A stretch of DNA of 64,000 bases from Heteronotia binoei. Taxonomy: Eukaryota. The notes beneath the pieces are model-generated. The model was given only the letters and a program-made list of their open reading frames with translations, ran no database searches and was not told the DNA's origin. A program made the translations under genes and the position numbers. The number at the start of each line of letters is the position of its first letter. The first letter of the stretch is position 1. Positions 14,000 to 26,518 of this stretch are shown piece after piece. The stretch is from contig NC_083227.1 in NCBI RefSeq assembly GCF_032191835.1, positions 18,290,001-18,354,000 of the forward strand, written 5' to 3'.

Positions 14000-14157
14000 A
14001 CACACGTCTCTCAGGCCACTGGGTGCATGACAATGTTTGCAACCCACCCCGCGGGCGCTGATGAAGCACCACGTTTTTCTCCACACATCTTCTCCGCCCC
14101 GATCCAAGTCTCTGCAACTCCTTTTCCCCTCCCGTGCCCTTTTGCTTGTTACTCACC
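14000..14157 (-). other. Candidate non-coding 5' exon of ZSCAN-A (donor only)
   Basis: Strong donor TAG|gtgagt at 14156 in a mildly CpG-enriched stretch upstream of the SCAN exon. The exon start is not definable. Confidence 0.3.
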
Positions 14158-15097
14158 TAAACCCCTTAGATTCTGGGCAATTGCTCCTGCAGGATGCTGG
14201 GGTTGGGGGGGGGGGGGGGATCCAAAAGGAAGTTTTACCCCTGGAAGAGGAGAGGGTGGGGCAGGAAGGTGACCTCACTTTCCCCCACCTCCTTTTTTTT
14301 GGCATATTCTCCTCCTCTTCCCAGCCATTTCTGGCTCTCCTCTCTAGCCGTTAGAACTCCGTGAACTTAACCCATTGTGCCGCTCACAAAAAACAAACAA
14401 ACAACGGGAGGCAACAGAAGAGCAGCCTAGGGTTGCCAGGTCTGGGGTGGAAAATACCTAGAGGTTTTGAGGGGTGGATCCGGATTTTGGGGAGGGGAGG
14501 GGCCTCAGCAAGGTGCAATGCCGTAGAGTGTCCACCCACCAAAGCAGCCATTTTCTTTAGAGGAGCTGATCTCTGCAAGCTGGAGATCAGCTGTAAAAAC
14601 GGGAGGCCTCCAGGTCCCACCGGGAGGCTGGCAACCGTAGTAGCAGCTGCTGTCGGGGGTGGGGGGCTCCTCTAGAGAGGCCCAGAAGAAGAAATGACCT
14701 GTATCCCGTATAGAAATCTGAAAGACATGGATTACAGGGCGAGAAAAGAAAACCCCAGCTGGCTCCTTCCTCTGCTTGCTTGGGGTGGGGTGGGGGGAGC
14801 GGGGCGAGATGGATCCAGATGAGAGTAAAGAGGTTTGGTTTTTACAGACCGCATGGAAAGAACCACCTTCATACTGTAGCGGCTGCCCCAGGGCTGCCCA
14901 ATCCCCAGTTGGGGGCAAGGGATCCCCCAGTTTGGAGGCCCTCCCCGCTTCAGGGTCATCAGAAAGCAGAGGGGGGGGGGAGAGGGAAATGTCTGCTGGG
15001 CACTCCATTATTCCCTATTGAGACCTATTCCCATAGGGTATAATGGTGAATTGATCCATGGGTATCTGGGGCTCTGGAGGGCCTGTTTTTTGAGGTA

Positions 15098-15389
15098 AAA
15101 AAAAAAGGGTAAAGGTAGTTCCCTGTGCAAGCACCAGTCATTTCCGACTCTAGGGTGACGTTGCTTTCACAACGTTTTCACAGCAGACTTTTGCCATTGC
15201 CTTCCCCAGTCATCTACACTTTCCCCCCAGCAAGCTGGGTACTTATTTTATTGACCTCGGAAGGATGGAAGGCTGAGCCAACCTTGAGCCAGCTATCTGA
15301 ACCCAGCTTCCGCCAGAATCCAACTCAGGTCGTGAGCAGAGCTTAGGACTGCAATACTGCAGCTTTATCACTCTGCGCCACAGGGCTCT
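15098..15389 (-). mobile_element. Sauria SINE (Squam1-type) with 14-bp TSD
   Basis: aaaggtaaaggtagt-type tail and caagctgggtact..ggaaggatggaaggctgag core; TSD tgttttttgaggta at 15084 and 15390. Confidence 0.8.
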
Positions 15390-17454
15390 TGTTTTTTGAG
15401 GTAGCGGCACCAAATTTGCAGCATAGTATTCAATGCCTCACTTCAAAACACCTTCCAAGTTTCAAAAAGATTGGACCAGGGGGTCCAATTCTATGAGCCC
15501 CCCCAAAAACGGTGCTCCTATCCTTCATTATTTGCAATGGAGCAAAGGCATTTAAAAGGTGTGCGGTCCCTTTAAATGTGATGGCCAGAACTCCCAGTGG
15601 AGTTCAGTTGTGCTTGCCACAACCTGTCTCCTGGCTCTACCCCAAAAGTTCCCAGATATTTCTTGAATTGGACTTGGCAGTTGGGCTGCCTTTGTCAGGC
15701 TGTGCTATTAGTTAAGAAACCATCATCAGAGATTCAGTGCTGTGGCAGTGAGAGTGTGCATAATTTCACTGTTTATTTAGGTGGTTTCCCAAAAGGAAAT
15801 AGCAAAGGACAGATTGCACATGGCACTATTAAAAAAACCAAAGTGACAAATTCTGGGCTTCATGGTAGTGCTGTACCATAACACTGTAACATGGATTTAG
15901 AACAAGGTATCCTCGGGATTTCTACCTAAAGCCCCCTGAAACGCAAGGTCAGATCACAGGCAGGGTTTTAAGATGAAGTTTGCTATGGTTTTTAAGGTAT
16001 TCTGTTGTCTGTTTTAGTCCTGACCTGGACAACTAGCCAGATCTCATCAGATTTGCTGAAGCCAAGCAGAGATGGGAGACCAAGGAAGTCCAGGGGGAGG
16101 CAAGGGCAAAGTACCTCTGTTCGCCTCTTGCCTCGAAAATGCTGTGAGGTCACGATAAGTCAGCTTCAATTTGACGGTACTTCCCACCACCACTGTGTCT
16201 GTTTTAATTCATTTTAACCCAGTTGTTTGTTGTTTGTTCAACAATCCTGAGGTCTCCCTATAAGCTAAACTGAGACCATCCTACTTTAATCCAGTTTCCT
16301 TTGCCCATCCATCCCTGCTCTAAGGTGCTACAAAAATGACTCTCCCAAGGCTAGCAGCCATCATAGGGAGGGTTGTCAACCTCAGGATGGTAAATTCCTG
16401 GAGATTTAGCGGGGCAGTACCTGTGGAGGAGAGAATTTGGAGAGAAAGTTCACCTAGAACCTATGGAATACCATACAATTTGCCCTCTGCAGCCATCATT
16501 TCTTACACGGGGCCTGAACTGGATGTAATTTGCTTCCTTCTCCCTCTCTCTTGCTTCCTTCTGCATCACAGCTTGCTTTGCAGGCTTGCTCAACCACACA
16601 GGAGCTACAGAGCAAAACCTCTATTTTCTCCATTGGCTGAGGCTCCTTCCTTTGGGGGGGGAGTGGGGGAGGCAGAGCTTGCTTTGCCAGGCTCTCTCAA
16701 TTGCACAGCAGAGCTACTGAGCCAATACTCTCTTCCTGCTATTGGCTGAGGCTCCTCCCCCTTGGTCTTCTGGGGAAGGAAGGAAAGAGCCAGAGCTTCC
16801 TTTGCCTAGTTCCCTGGATCCCACGGGAGAAATACAAAAAAAGCTTTAAGACCAACAAGTGCTGTTTTAAACATTTTTTTAAAATCTTTGTGTTTGTCTG
16901 TGTCCTTTATAAAGTTTATATTTCTAGTACCTAATCTTAAATAGGTACATGCATGGCCCGGCCCGACAAGGTCTCATTTAAGTCAGATCTGGCCCTCATA
17001 ACAAGTTTGACACCCCTGATCTCAGCGCTACACCACGCAGGATCTTAATCTATGCTTGTGTGTGCCCCAATGAATAATTTTGTTGGGTGCTACTTTGGTT
17101 TGGGGGAGGGGGCTAGTGACAGCACTCAATAACTGGTACCAGGCTGGCCTGGTCCACTCAGCTAGAGAAACAGGAATAGCCTAATGGGGGTCAGGAGAGG
17201 GAATTGGTGGAGATTGGCACAACTTTGCATAAGAGTAGCAGCACCTTTTTTTTTTTTTAAAGCACTGGTGTTACTAAAGGGTGTGTTTTGGGGAAGGTAT
17301 TTTGAGACTGCTTACAGTGTCTTTTCCAACAGTAAGTAATGTCATTGGAATATTGCTTTTTCATCATATAGTGTTGCCTATGCAATCTTTTTTGCACAGA
17401 TAAATTGTCATAAGGTTTCTACGCTACTTCCCCCCCACACTCAGTCCCATCTGC

Positions 17455-17598
17455 AGTTTGAAGCTTCCTTCATTGGCAGTCTTCAGAATGCGGCTGGATG
17501 ATTATTTATCCGAGATGCTTTAGGCTGATCCTGCATGGAGCAGGGGGTTGGACTAGATGGCCTGTATGGCCCCTTCCAACTCTATGATTCTATGATTC
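17455..17598 (+). mobile_element. CR1 LINE 3' end (ATTCTATG-tail subfamily), just downstream of the ZSCAN-B stop codon (probable 3' UTR)
   Basis: gggttggactagatggcc..cccttccaactctatgattctatgattc, the canonical CR1 tail. Confidence 0.75.
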
Positions 17599-17726
17599 AT
17601 CAAATGTGATACATGGTTTCAGTTTCACCCCAAAAGACCACCTGCAGTCTAAACATCCTTTCTGTTTTACTTCAGAATGGGTCATTTGATGTTCACAAAG
17701 CCAAGAAGAACCAGACAACCTTTCCT

Positions 17727-18884
17727 TCACGCTTTCTCTGGCTCCTCTTGTGCACATGTGAATTTTATTACGCCTGGTAAGCACCAAGCCACGCTCCCTG
17801 CATTCCCCACACCTTCCACATTTCTCTCTCTCATATGGATTGATTCATGCCTCAGGAAATGTATTCGCTGAGTGAAGCTTTTCTGACAGTCAGAGCATTC
17901 GTACGGTTTCTCTCCTGTGTGAGTCCTCGTGTGGATAATAAGGTTTCCTTTACGGCTGAATTTTTTCCCACACTCTGAGCATTCGTATGGCTTCTCACCT
18001 GTGTGGGTCCTTTTGTGCGTAATGAGATTGGCTTTCCGACTGAAACATTTCCCGCACTCTGAGCAGTCATAAGGTTTCTCTCCTGTGTGGGTTCTTTTGT
18101 GCCTAAAAAGGTCGATTTTAGAAATAAAGCCTTTCCCACATTCTGAGCACTCGTATGGTTTCTCCCTCATGTGGGTTCTCTTGTGAGTAATAAGGGTTGG
18201 TTTACGACTGAAGCATTTGCCACACTCAGCACACTGATGTGGTTTCTCTCCTGTGTGGGTTCTCTTATGCGTAATGAGGTTCGGTTTGCGGCTAAAGCAT
18301 TTCCCACATTCCGAGCATTCATAGGGCTTCTCTCCTGTGTGGATCCTCTTGTGCCTGAAAAGGTCTGTTTTGAAGATAAAGCCTTTCCCGCACTCAGAGC
18401 ACTGGTGCGCTTTCTCTCCTGAGTGGCTTCGCTTGTGCCTAAAAAGGTGCGACTTCCAGATGAAGCTCTTCCCACACTCTGAGCATTCATATGACACATG
18501 ACCTTTCTCAGGGATGCTTAGCAGGGGTGGTCTCCTACTGGAGATTTTGCCATGGTATGTGCACTGATAGTTTCTCTGCCAACCGTGTTTCCTGATTCTC
18601 AGTGAGGTAATTTTCAGAGATAGATAATTTTTCTCCCTCAAGCCTGCAGATTCCATCTTGGAAAGCGCTTCCATGGAAGCTCAGGTTGGGTTCCTCACAA
18701 ATATCTGTTGCTTCCCCTGGATAGTTTTCCTGTTGACTTTCTGGTCCCTCATGACTTGTAGGCAACTCTTTTTCCTCATGATCCTGGGAAAATATCCCTT
18801 CTGCTCTTCCCTGTGATACTGCATTGATATCTACTTGCTCAGGCCTTGTGGTTGTTTCCTCATTCTGCTGGATTTGCTCTTCAC
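17727..18884 (-). pseudogene. ZSCAN-B terminal exon: linker + 8 C2H2 fingers, with frameshift near 18567
   Basis: Acceptor ttttcccatccccaatag|GT (phase 1) opens the GEEQIQQ.. frame, which ends at TAG 18537-18535. The fingers (ORF 17727..18674) are in another frame. The switch fits AEKL[Y]QCTYHGK, i.e. CTA T(AT) CAG. Real lesion versus assembly error is unresolved. Confidence 0.7.
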
Positions 18885-19354
18885 CTATTGGGGATGGGAA
18901 AAGAATCACCATATGAATTTTACCCTACAGCAGGGGTAGAGAACCGTTTTTCTGCCAAGGGCCATTTAGATATTTATAACATCATTCGTGGGCTATGCAA
19001 AATTATCAACTTAAAAAACAGTGCTCTGTCAAGGGAGAACAATTCAGGCCGGTAATCCCTGAGGGCCAGACCAAGTGATCTCGAGGCTTGGCCCAGAGAT
19101 TCCCCACCTCTGCCCTACAGGATAGCATGGTAAAGGATCTATTTATTTTACTGATTTATTTTATCAGATTTTTATCCTGCCCCTCCCCCAGAGTGGGGCT
19201 TGGGGCAGCTAACAACTTAACAGTACTACAACAAAAACATGGTGGTAGCAACAGAAGATTCCATCAAGTCACAGCTGACTTATGGTGACCCCGAGTAGGA
19301 TCTTCAAAGTAAGATACAGAGAGGGGTTGCCGTTGACTGCGTCCATGTCATGAC

Positions 19355-19526
19355 CAGTATTCCCTCTAAGCTGAGTTAGTGTGAGCTAGCTCACAGTTTT
19401 TAAGCTTCTGGCTCACATATTTTTGTCTTAGCTCAGGAAGAATGGCCCCAGAGCAAACTGGTTTATGCAGTAGCTCACAAATTAGGATTTTTGCTCACAA
19501 GACTCCACAGCTTAGAGGGAATATTG
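19355..19526. mobile_element. hAT MITE (cagtgttccctctaag family), TSD gtcatgac/gtcatgat
   Basis: TIR cagtattccctctaag / cttagagggaatattg. A second copy at 52186-52357 has a ggtggggat duplication. Confidence 0.78.
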
Positions 19527-19894
19527 GTCATGATGACCCTGGTTTTCCTTGGAGGTCTTCTATCCAAATACTGGCCAGGGCTGACCCTGTTTAGCTTCTG
19601 AGATCTGAGAAGATTGGGCTAGCCTGGGCTATCCAAGTCAGGGCAATAAAATTCCATTAAAACTCAGCATACAACTTTTGGCATAAAAAGTCAATAGCGC
19701 TGTCGGTAGAGTCCACCAAAATTATATTAGTGGAATGCCTGGGGGGGATAACTCTTTCTTACATGCCTCACAGGATGAAGACAGGACCCACAGGGCACAA
19801 ATCTCAGATGGAGCATTCCTCTGGATCGGAGCCATGATGGAAAAGGCCCTCACCATTGGTGCGCTCAAATGGGTGAATCAAGGGGTCAGGCACC

Positions 19895-22424
19895 AAGCAT
19901 CAGGCTGGGAACACACTAGAGCTGATCTTTGCGGCGGGAGTAGTAGTGGGTCAGATATCTGCCGAGGCAGTGCCATGGTCTGACCACCAGGCCCTGAAGG
20001 CCCGTGTGGACATGCCACCCCTGTCCCATTTAGGCGGTGAGCAGATTTTGGCTCGCCCGCATAGTCAGATGGACCCGTTGCGGCTTCAAATGGCTATACG
20101 GGATCCTTGGCCCACTGGTGACTCGTTGGATGAGCTAGTGGAGACCTGGAATAACCGGCTCTCCGAGGCCATCGACGAAATCGCTCCCCGACGTCCTCTT
20201 CATCCTCGATCACGATCCGCTCCGTGGTATACCCCGGAGCTGCGATCAATGAAGCGACGATTAAGATGACTAGAGAGACAATGGCACCACGTTCGTGACG
20301 AAGCTACGAGAACATCATATAGGTCATTTATGAGGACCTATGAGATGGCTATTCGGATTGCAAAGAAGGATCACTTTGTGTCCAGAATCGCATCTGCGAC
20401 CTCGCGCCCAGCACAATTGTTTAGTATAATTCGGTCATTAACACAATTGCCACAGGGCAAACAAAATAATAGAGAATTGGAAATAGGCTGTGAGGCTTTT
20501 GCGAGCTTTTTCGCAGATAAGGTCTCGTCGCTCCGACACGACTTACCCGCCATAATTAATACAGTAGATGAACTTGGGGCACCGAGCACGTCTTCTGGTC
20601 CAGTTCTGGACTCCTTCGGTCCACTCAGTCTGGAGGAAGTCGACAGGATCCTTGCAGCTGTACGCCCTACGACCTGTAGGTTAGATCCGTGCCCGTCTTG
20701 GCTTATGAAGGCTAGCCAAATGTGGCTGCGTGAACCACTACAGGACATTATCAACAGGTCCCTGATCAAAGGGATCTTTCCCACACCTCTTAAAGAGGCA
20801 GTGGTCTGTCCCCTCTTAAAAAAACCATCAGCAGACCCGGCCATATTGGCGAACCTTCGGCCGGTGTCAAACCTTCCCTTTTTGGGTAAGGGCATAGAGC
20901 GGGCGGTGGTGATTCAGCTGCAGGGATTCCTGGAGGACACTTCCGCACTGGATCCATTCCAGTCCGGCTTCCGGCCAGGTCACGGGACGGAGACAGTTCT
21001 GGTCGCTCTCATAGATGACCTTATGCGACATCTGGATCAGGGCGGCTCTGCAGTGCTGTTGTTATTAGATCTGTCGGCCACTTTTGACACGGTTGACCAT
21101 CAGCTACTGACTAGCCGCCTTGCCGATGTGGGGATTCAGGGATCTGCCTTACAGTGGCTGACCTCCTTTCTCCAAGATCGGGGACAAAGGGTTGTGATAG
21201 GGGAGGAAGCATCCCAGAGGCACTCTCTTAGTTGTGGGGTGCCACAGGGAGCGGTCCTATCCCCGATGCTATTTAATATCTATATGCGCCCCCTTGCCCA
21301 GATTGTCAGGAGGTATGGACTGGGTTGCCATCAATATGCAGATGACACCCAGCTCTATCTATTGATGGGTGGCCAGTCTGACTGTACCCTGGAAAATCTA
21401 GACCTGGCGTTACAAGCTGTGGCTTTTTGGCTCAGACTGAGTCAGCTGAAATTGAATCCGACGAAGACGGAGGTTCTCTACCTGGGTCGAGGCGGTCCCG
21501 GGAGAGAGATCCAGCTGCCAGCCCTTGACAGGGTACCACTGATACCAGTCCCTAAGGTCAAGAGCTTAGGCGTGCTTCTTGAGTCCTCCCTTACAATGGA
21601 GGCCCAGGTAGCAGCCACTGTTAGATCTGCCTTTTTTCATCTTCGGCAAGCGCGGCAGCTGGCCCCTTACCTGGAGCACAACGACTTAGCGACGGTAATC
21701 CATGCTACGGTCACCTCAAGAATAGATCACTGTAATGCTCTCTACATGGGGCTACCCTTGATGCTAACCCGGAGACTACAACTAGTGCAGAACACTGCAG
21801 CACGGCTGTTAATGGGGCTGCCGCGTTGGGAGCACATTCAGCCAGTGCTGAGAGAGCTGCACTGGTTGCCTGTTGTGTTCCGAGTTTGCTTCAAGGTGTT
21901 GGTATTAACCTTTAAAGCCCTCTATGGTCAGGGACCTGCCTATCTACGGGACCGCCTTTCCCCATATATCCCCCAGAGAGCACTGCGATCAGGGACAAAA
22001 AATCTGTTGTCTGCCCCTAGCCCAAAAGAAGCCAGGCTGTGTATGACGAGATCCAGGGCTTTTTCGGTGGCAGCACCAGAACTTTGGAACACCCTCCCAG
22101 AAGCTATAAGGGCCCTGCGGGATTCGTCTGCGTTCCGCAGGGCCTGTAAGACCGAATTGTTTAAACAGGCTTTTGCGGTTTGATTGAAAAAGGGCTGCCA
22201 CCGGACATCCTACAAAATGCTGGCGATCATAGTCGAGAAGTCAATACCGCCTATACTGGACTGAAGTAGCGCTATAGAATGGTTTTAAAGTTGATATATG
22301 TAAATTATGGTTTTATATGTTTTATTGGATTGATTGTTTTTTATGATGTTGTAAGCCGCCCTGAGTCCGCTTGCGGAGAGGGCGGGATATAAATGGAAAG
22401 TAATAAATAAATAAATAAATAAAA
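19895..22424 (+). mobile_element. 5'-truncated L2-clade LINE (end of endonuclease + complete RT), young
   Basis: Endonuclease tail HQAGNTLELIF..WSDH. RT motifs RPVSNLPFLGK, DPFQSGFRPGHGTET, LLDLSATFDTVDH, GVPQGAVLSP, YADD, LHWLPV. One in-frame TGA at 20267. The 3' UTR ends in gccgccctgagtcc..gggcgggatataaat and (taaa)n. Confidence 0.92.
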
Positions 22425-22663
22425 TAGAAGCCCACGTACGGCTCAACAAAGCCACCTTGGGGGGTCATAATGGTAAAATCAAATTCAAAGTAGATTTATT
22501 GTCTCACAGGTTCAGTTTCTTACACAGTGAAGGATTCTGCTGTGAGACAATATTTCATACCCAAGAATGCAGAAAGATGAGTGATTGGCAGCCATTTTGA
22601 CTGCAAGGAGAGGTTTAATCTGTGGAAATGGGAAGCTGAAGCTTTTTGTGGCATCGAGGTAAA

Positions 22664-22669
<6 letters not shown>

Positions 22670-22702
<33 letters not shown>

Positions 22703-22971
22703 TAATACTGGATTTATATCCCGCCCTCCACTCCGAATCAGAGTCTTAGTCGCTCACAATCTTCTTTATCTTCCTCCCCCACAATAGACACCATGTGAAG
22801 TTGGTAGGGCTGAGAGAGCTCTCCTAGAAGCTGCTCTTTCAAGGACAACTCTTGCAAGTGTTATGGCTGACCCAAGGCCATTCCAGCAGCTGCAAATGGA
22901 GGAGTAGGGAATCAAATCCAGTTCTCCCAGATAAGAGTCTGCACACTTAACCACTACATCAAACTGGCTCT
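22670..22971 (-). mobile_element. tRNA-headed SINE with L2-like tail (Squam3-like)
   Basis: Head gagccagtttg(a)tgtagtggttaag..gggagaactgg(a)tttgattccc; tail gggcgggatataaatcc. The family name is from memory. Confidence 0.75.
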
Positions 22972-23103
22972 AAGCATCCCTCTAAGCCTCTATTAAAGGG
23001 ATCAAGGGTTATGATGATGATGATATTGGATTTATATCCCACCCTATACTCTGAATCTCAGAGTCTCAGAGTGGTCACAATCTCTTTTACCTTCCTCCCC
23101 CAC

Positions 23104-23578
23104 AACATAAGAACATAAAAGAAGCCATGTTGGATCAGACCAATGGTCCATCCAGTCCAACACTCTGTGTCACACAGTGGCCAATATATGTGTGTGTGTG
23201 TGTATACACACACACACATATATATATATGTGTGTGTGTGTGTATACATCCATACTGTGGCTAATAGCCACTGATGGACCTCTGCTCCATATTTTTATCC
23301 AATCCCCTCTTAAAGCTGGCTATGCTTGTAGCCACCACCACCTCCTGTGGCAGTGAATTCCACACGTTAATCACCCTTTGGGTGAAGAAGTACTTCCTTT
23401 TATCCATTTTAACCCGACTGCTCAGCAATTTCATTGAATGCCCACGAGTTCTTGTATTGTGAGAAAGGGAGAAAAGTACTTCTTTCTCTACTTTCTCCAT
23501 CCCTTGCATAATCTTATAAACCTCTATCATGTCACCCCGCAGTTGATGTTTCTCCAAGCTAAAGAGCCCCAAGCATTT
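23104..23578 (-). mobile_element. CR1 LINE 3' fragment (ORF2 C-terminus + 3' UTR with CA/TA microsatellite)
   Basis: LGLFSLEK..LRGDMIEVYKIM..RTRGHSMKL..RKYFFTQRVINVWNSLPQEVV. Related shorter copies at 29322-29647, 45467-45655 and 54549-54630. Confidence 0.88.
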
Positions 23579-23877
23579 TAACCATTCCAGCAGGTGCAAG
23601 TGGAGGAGTGGGGAATCAAACCCGGTTCTCCCAGATAAGAGTCTGTGCACTTAACCACTACACCAAATTGGCTCTTTTCTCGCCAGTTGAATCTGGACTT
23701 CCTGTGTGCAAAGCAGATGTTCCATCATAGGAAACTTCCTTATGCCATGTCAGATCTTTCACCTGTGTAGCTCAGAGTGGTCTTCTATGACTGGGCAGCA
23801 GCTTTCCAGGGGTTCAGGCAAAGAGAGAGAAATGGAGAGAACAAGAGAGCAAGAGCAATTTCCCAAGACCTGCTTTT

Positions 23878-24290
23878 AGGGTTGCCAAGTCCAATTCAAG
23901 AAATATCTGGGGACTTTGGGGGTGGAGCCAGGAGACTTTGGGGGTGGAGCCAGGAGACACTGGGGGTGGAGCCAGGAACAAGGGTGTGACAAGCATAATT
24001 GAACTCCAAGAGAGTTCTGGCCATCACATTTAAAGGGACAGCACACCTTTTTAAATGTCTTCCTTGCATAGGAAATAATGAAGGATAGGGGCACCTTCTT
24101 TTGGGGCTCATAGAATTGGACCCCCTGGTCCAATCGTTTTGAAACTTGGGGGGTACTTTGGGAAGAGGCACTAGATACTATATTGAAAATTTGGTGCCTC
24201 TACCTCAAAAAACAGCTCCCCCAGAGCCCCCGAAACCTCCAGAACAATTCCCCATTATACCCTATGAGAATCGATCACATAGGAAATAAT
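23878..24290. repeat. Abundant gggttgcca-terminated interspersed repeat (MITE-like, unclassified)
   Basis: Recurs at about 7095-7245, 14428-15690, 30340-30812, 32968-33405 and 34190-34625. This copy carries 3 tandem ~22-bp gggggtggagccagga units. Confidence 0.65.
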
Positions 24291-25150
24291 GAAGACGTTT
24301 CCCTTTCTCCCCCCCCCCCCCCTCTTTCTGGCCAGTCTGAAGCAGCGGATCAGCCTCTCAACTCACCATTTGCTGCCAGCTTCTTCACAGAAACACACAC
24401 AGACACACCATCCTAAATGGAAGCCTTTCAAGTCAAGCCTCTGGAGGTGCAAAGGCACATGGTCCTTTGCAGGCGGGGCTCCCTCTCTCCCCCCCTCTCC
24501 CGCCAGCCAGCTGATTGGGACCGGAAGCAGCCTGGGAAAACTGAAGAAAGGCTGCTGCGATCGGGGCTGGGTGGGAAGGGCAGGGCAAGGAAAAGTTGCT
24601 GAGATCGGGGCTGGGTGGGAAGGGCCGCCATTCCCCCCCCCGCTTTCCAGAGTTTTGGCTAGCGGGAGAAGAAGGCTTCAAATCGGGGGTCACCAGGCAA
24701 AGCGGGGGATTTGGGAAGCCTACCTGCTTTTGAAGATCCTTTAGCTGGAGAGGCCAGGCATCTGAACATTTAGTGTCCACCTGCATGTAAAACACACACC
24801 CTGGTTTTGCGCCACACTAGGAACATGACCAGAATTTAAACCCCAACACTAAAAGTCTTCCTGACCAGAAATTAAATGTAGCGTACATGTCGGGGAGGGG
24901 CTGTTGATCAGCTGTTGACCCTCTGCTTGGCAGGTTCCATCTTCAGTCCCTAGCTTCTCCAGTTAAAAAGATCAGGTAGGAGCTGAGGGAAAAGACCCTG
25001 GAGAGCCCCTCTCATTCTGAGTAGGCAATACTGGCCTCATTGGCCCAACGGTTTGCCTCAACAGAAGGCTGTTTCATGTTTCTGTGTAATATACGCTTCT
25101 TCAAGGGAGACAAGAGGTCAGTAGAGGTCACTTGAGGCCCTGATGCTTAC

Positions 25151-25265
25151 CCAGCAAGCGGGCCTCATGTTTGGCCTCCACAGAGAACCGCATTTTTATG
25201 GAGTCGAGTGGACCATCCTCAGACTTGGGGGAATTAACAGCCATATATTCTGAGGGCCCTTGTCT
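25151..25265 (-). CDS. ZSCAN-B internal linker exon (RQGPSEYMAVNSPKSEDGPLDSIKMRFSVEAKHEARLL-G)
   Basis: Acceptor tgttttctgtttcag| and donor CTGG|gtaagc. 115 nt, phase 0 to 1. Shares SPKSE..P.D..K with the ZSCAN-A exon 6830-6932. Confidence 0.82.
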
Positions 25266-25282
25266 CTGAAACAGAAAACAAC

Positions 25283-25565
25283 AACAAGAAGAATAAATTG
25301 GATTTATATCCTACCCTCCACTCCAAATCTCAGAGTCTCAGAGTGGCTCACAATCTCCTTTATCTTCCTCCCCCACAACAGACAGCCTGTGAGGTAGGTG
25401 GGACTGAGAGAGCTCTCATAGAAGCTGCCCTTTGAAGGACAACTCTTGCAAGAGCTATGGCTGACCCAAGGCCATTCCAGCAGGTGCAAGTGGAGGAGCG
25501 AGGAATCTAACCTGGTCTTCCCAGATAACAGATAAGAGTCCACACACTTCACCACCACACCAAAC
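25283..25565 (-). mobile_element. Squam3-like SINE
   Basis: Same consensus as 22670-22971; abuts the acceptor of ZSCAN-B exon 2. Confidence 0.75.
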
Positions 25566-26217
25566 AATGACAATGTTTAGCAATCAGAGATTTGGGAAGG
25601 GGGACATTAAAAGGACGATCCACAATCCACTTTTGCCCACATCCACCTGACCTAAAATAGGTTGAGCAGTCCTATACATTTGTATCCAAATTAAATTACC
25701 AGCTCCAGTCAGCACATGGAATTGGAAGAAAGTGTCAAGGTCCCTTTCTACACTATCACACTGGAAAACTTTATTTATTTATGTTGTGCCACCCATGCGT
25801 ACAGGAGTCAGTGTGAGGGAGTGGTTAGAGTGGGATCCGGGAGACCCTGGTTCAAATCCCCACTCTGCCACTGGGTGACTTTGGCCCCGTCACTTGCTTT
25901 CAGCCACATCTACTTCACAGGGTTGTTGTGAGGATAAAATGAAGGATGGGAAAGCCACATATGCAGCCATCAGCTCCTTGGAGGAATGACTGGATAAAAA
26001 TGGAATAAGTGTAAAATATTAAATAAGCGCTTTCGATACATGCACTGTATTTCTCAGCCCGAACCCACCTCACAGGGACGTTGTTAAGAGAGAACCATGT
26101 GCGGTGCCATGAGCTTCTCAGGGCTGCAGGAATGGAAAAGAACACAGGAAAAAACACCACACGTATTCTAGGCACAGACCGCATGTCACACGCCAAAGGG
26201 GGGAAGGAGGCGGGAGG

Positions 26218-26479
26218 AAGAAGAAGAAGAAGAGGAGATTGGATTTATACTCTGCCCTTCACTCAGAGCATCTTACAATCTTCTTCCACAACAGACACCC
26301 TGTGAGGTAGGCGGGGCTGAGAGAGAGCTCTTTCAAGAACTGCTCTTGAGAGAACAGCTCTGAGAGACCTGTGACTGGCCCAAGGTCACACCAGCCGTTG
26401 CATGTAGAGGAGTGGGGAATCAAACCCAGTTCTCCCAGATTACAGTCCACACTCCTAACCACTATGCTAAACTGGCTCT
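26218..26479 (-). mobile_element. Squam3-like SINE variant
   Basis: Head gagccagtttagcatagtggttagg and gaagaa tail; about 40 nt from the SCAN donor. Confidence 0.72.
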
Positions 26480-26518
26480 TATCAATTTAAATTGATAAAC
26501 AGGATGGAGTTCTCTCAC

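Noticed and set aside
23900-23980. Short direct-repeat arrays (22-bp units here; 181-bp units at 50231; 20-bp pair at 48701/48735) as CRISPR-like arrays
   Set aside because: No unique spacers, no cas genes, and vertebrate context; they are internal repeat-element duplications.
4283-26518. KRAB-A/B exons in the ZSCAN introns
   Set aside because: No VTFEEVAVYF-like motif seen in either gene; the three-exon models already join in frame. An HMM scan would be decisive.
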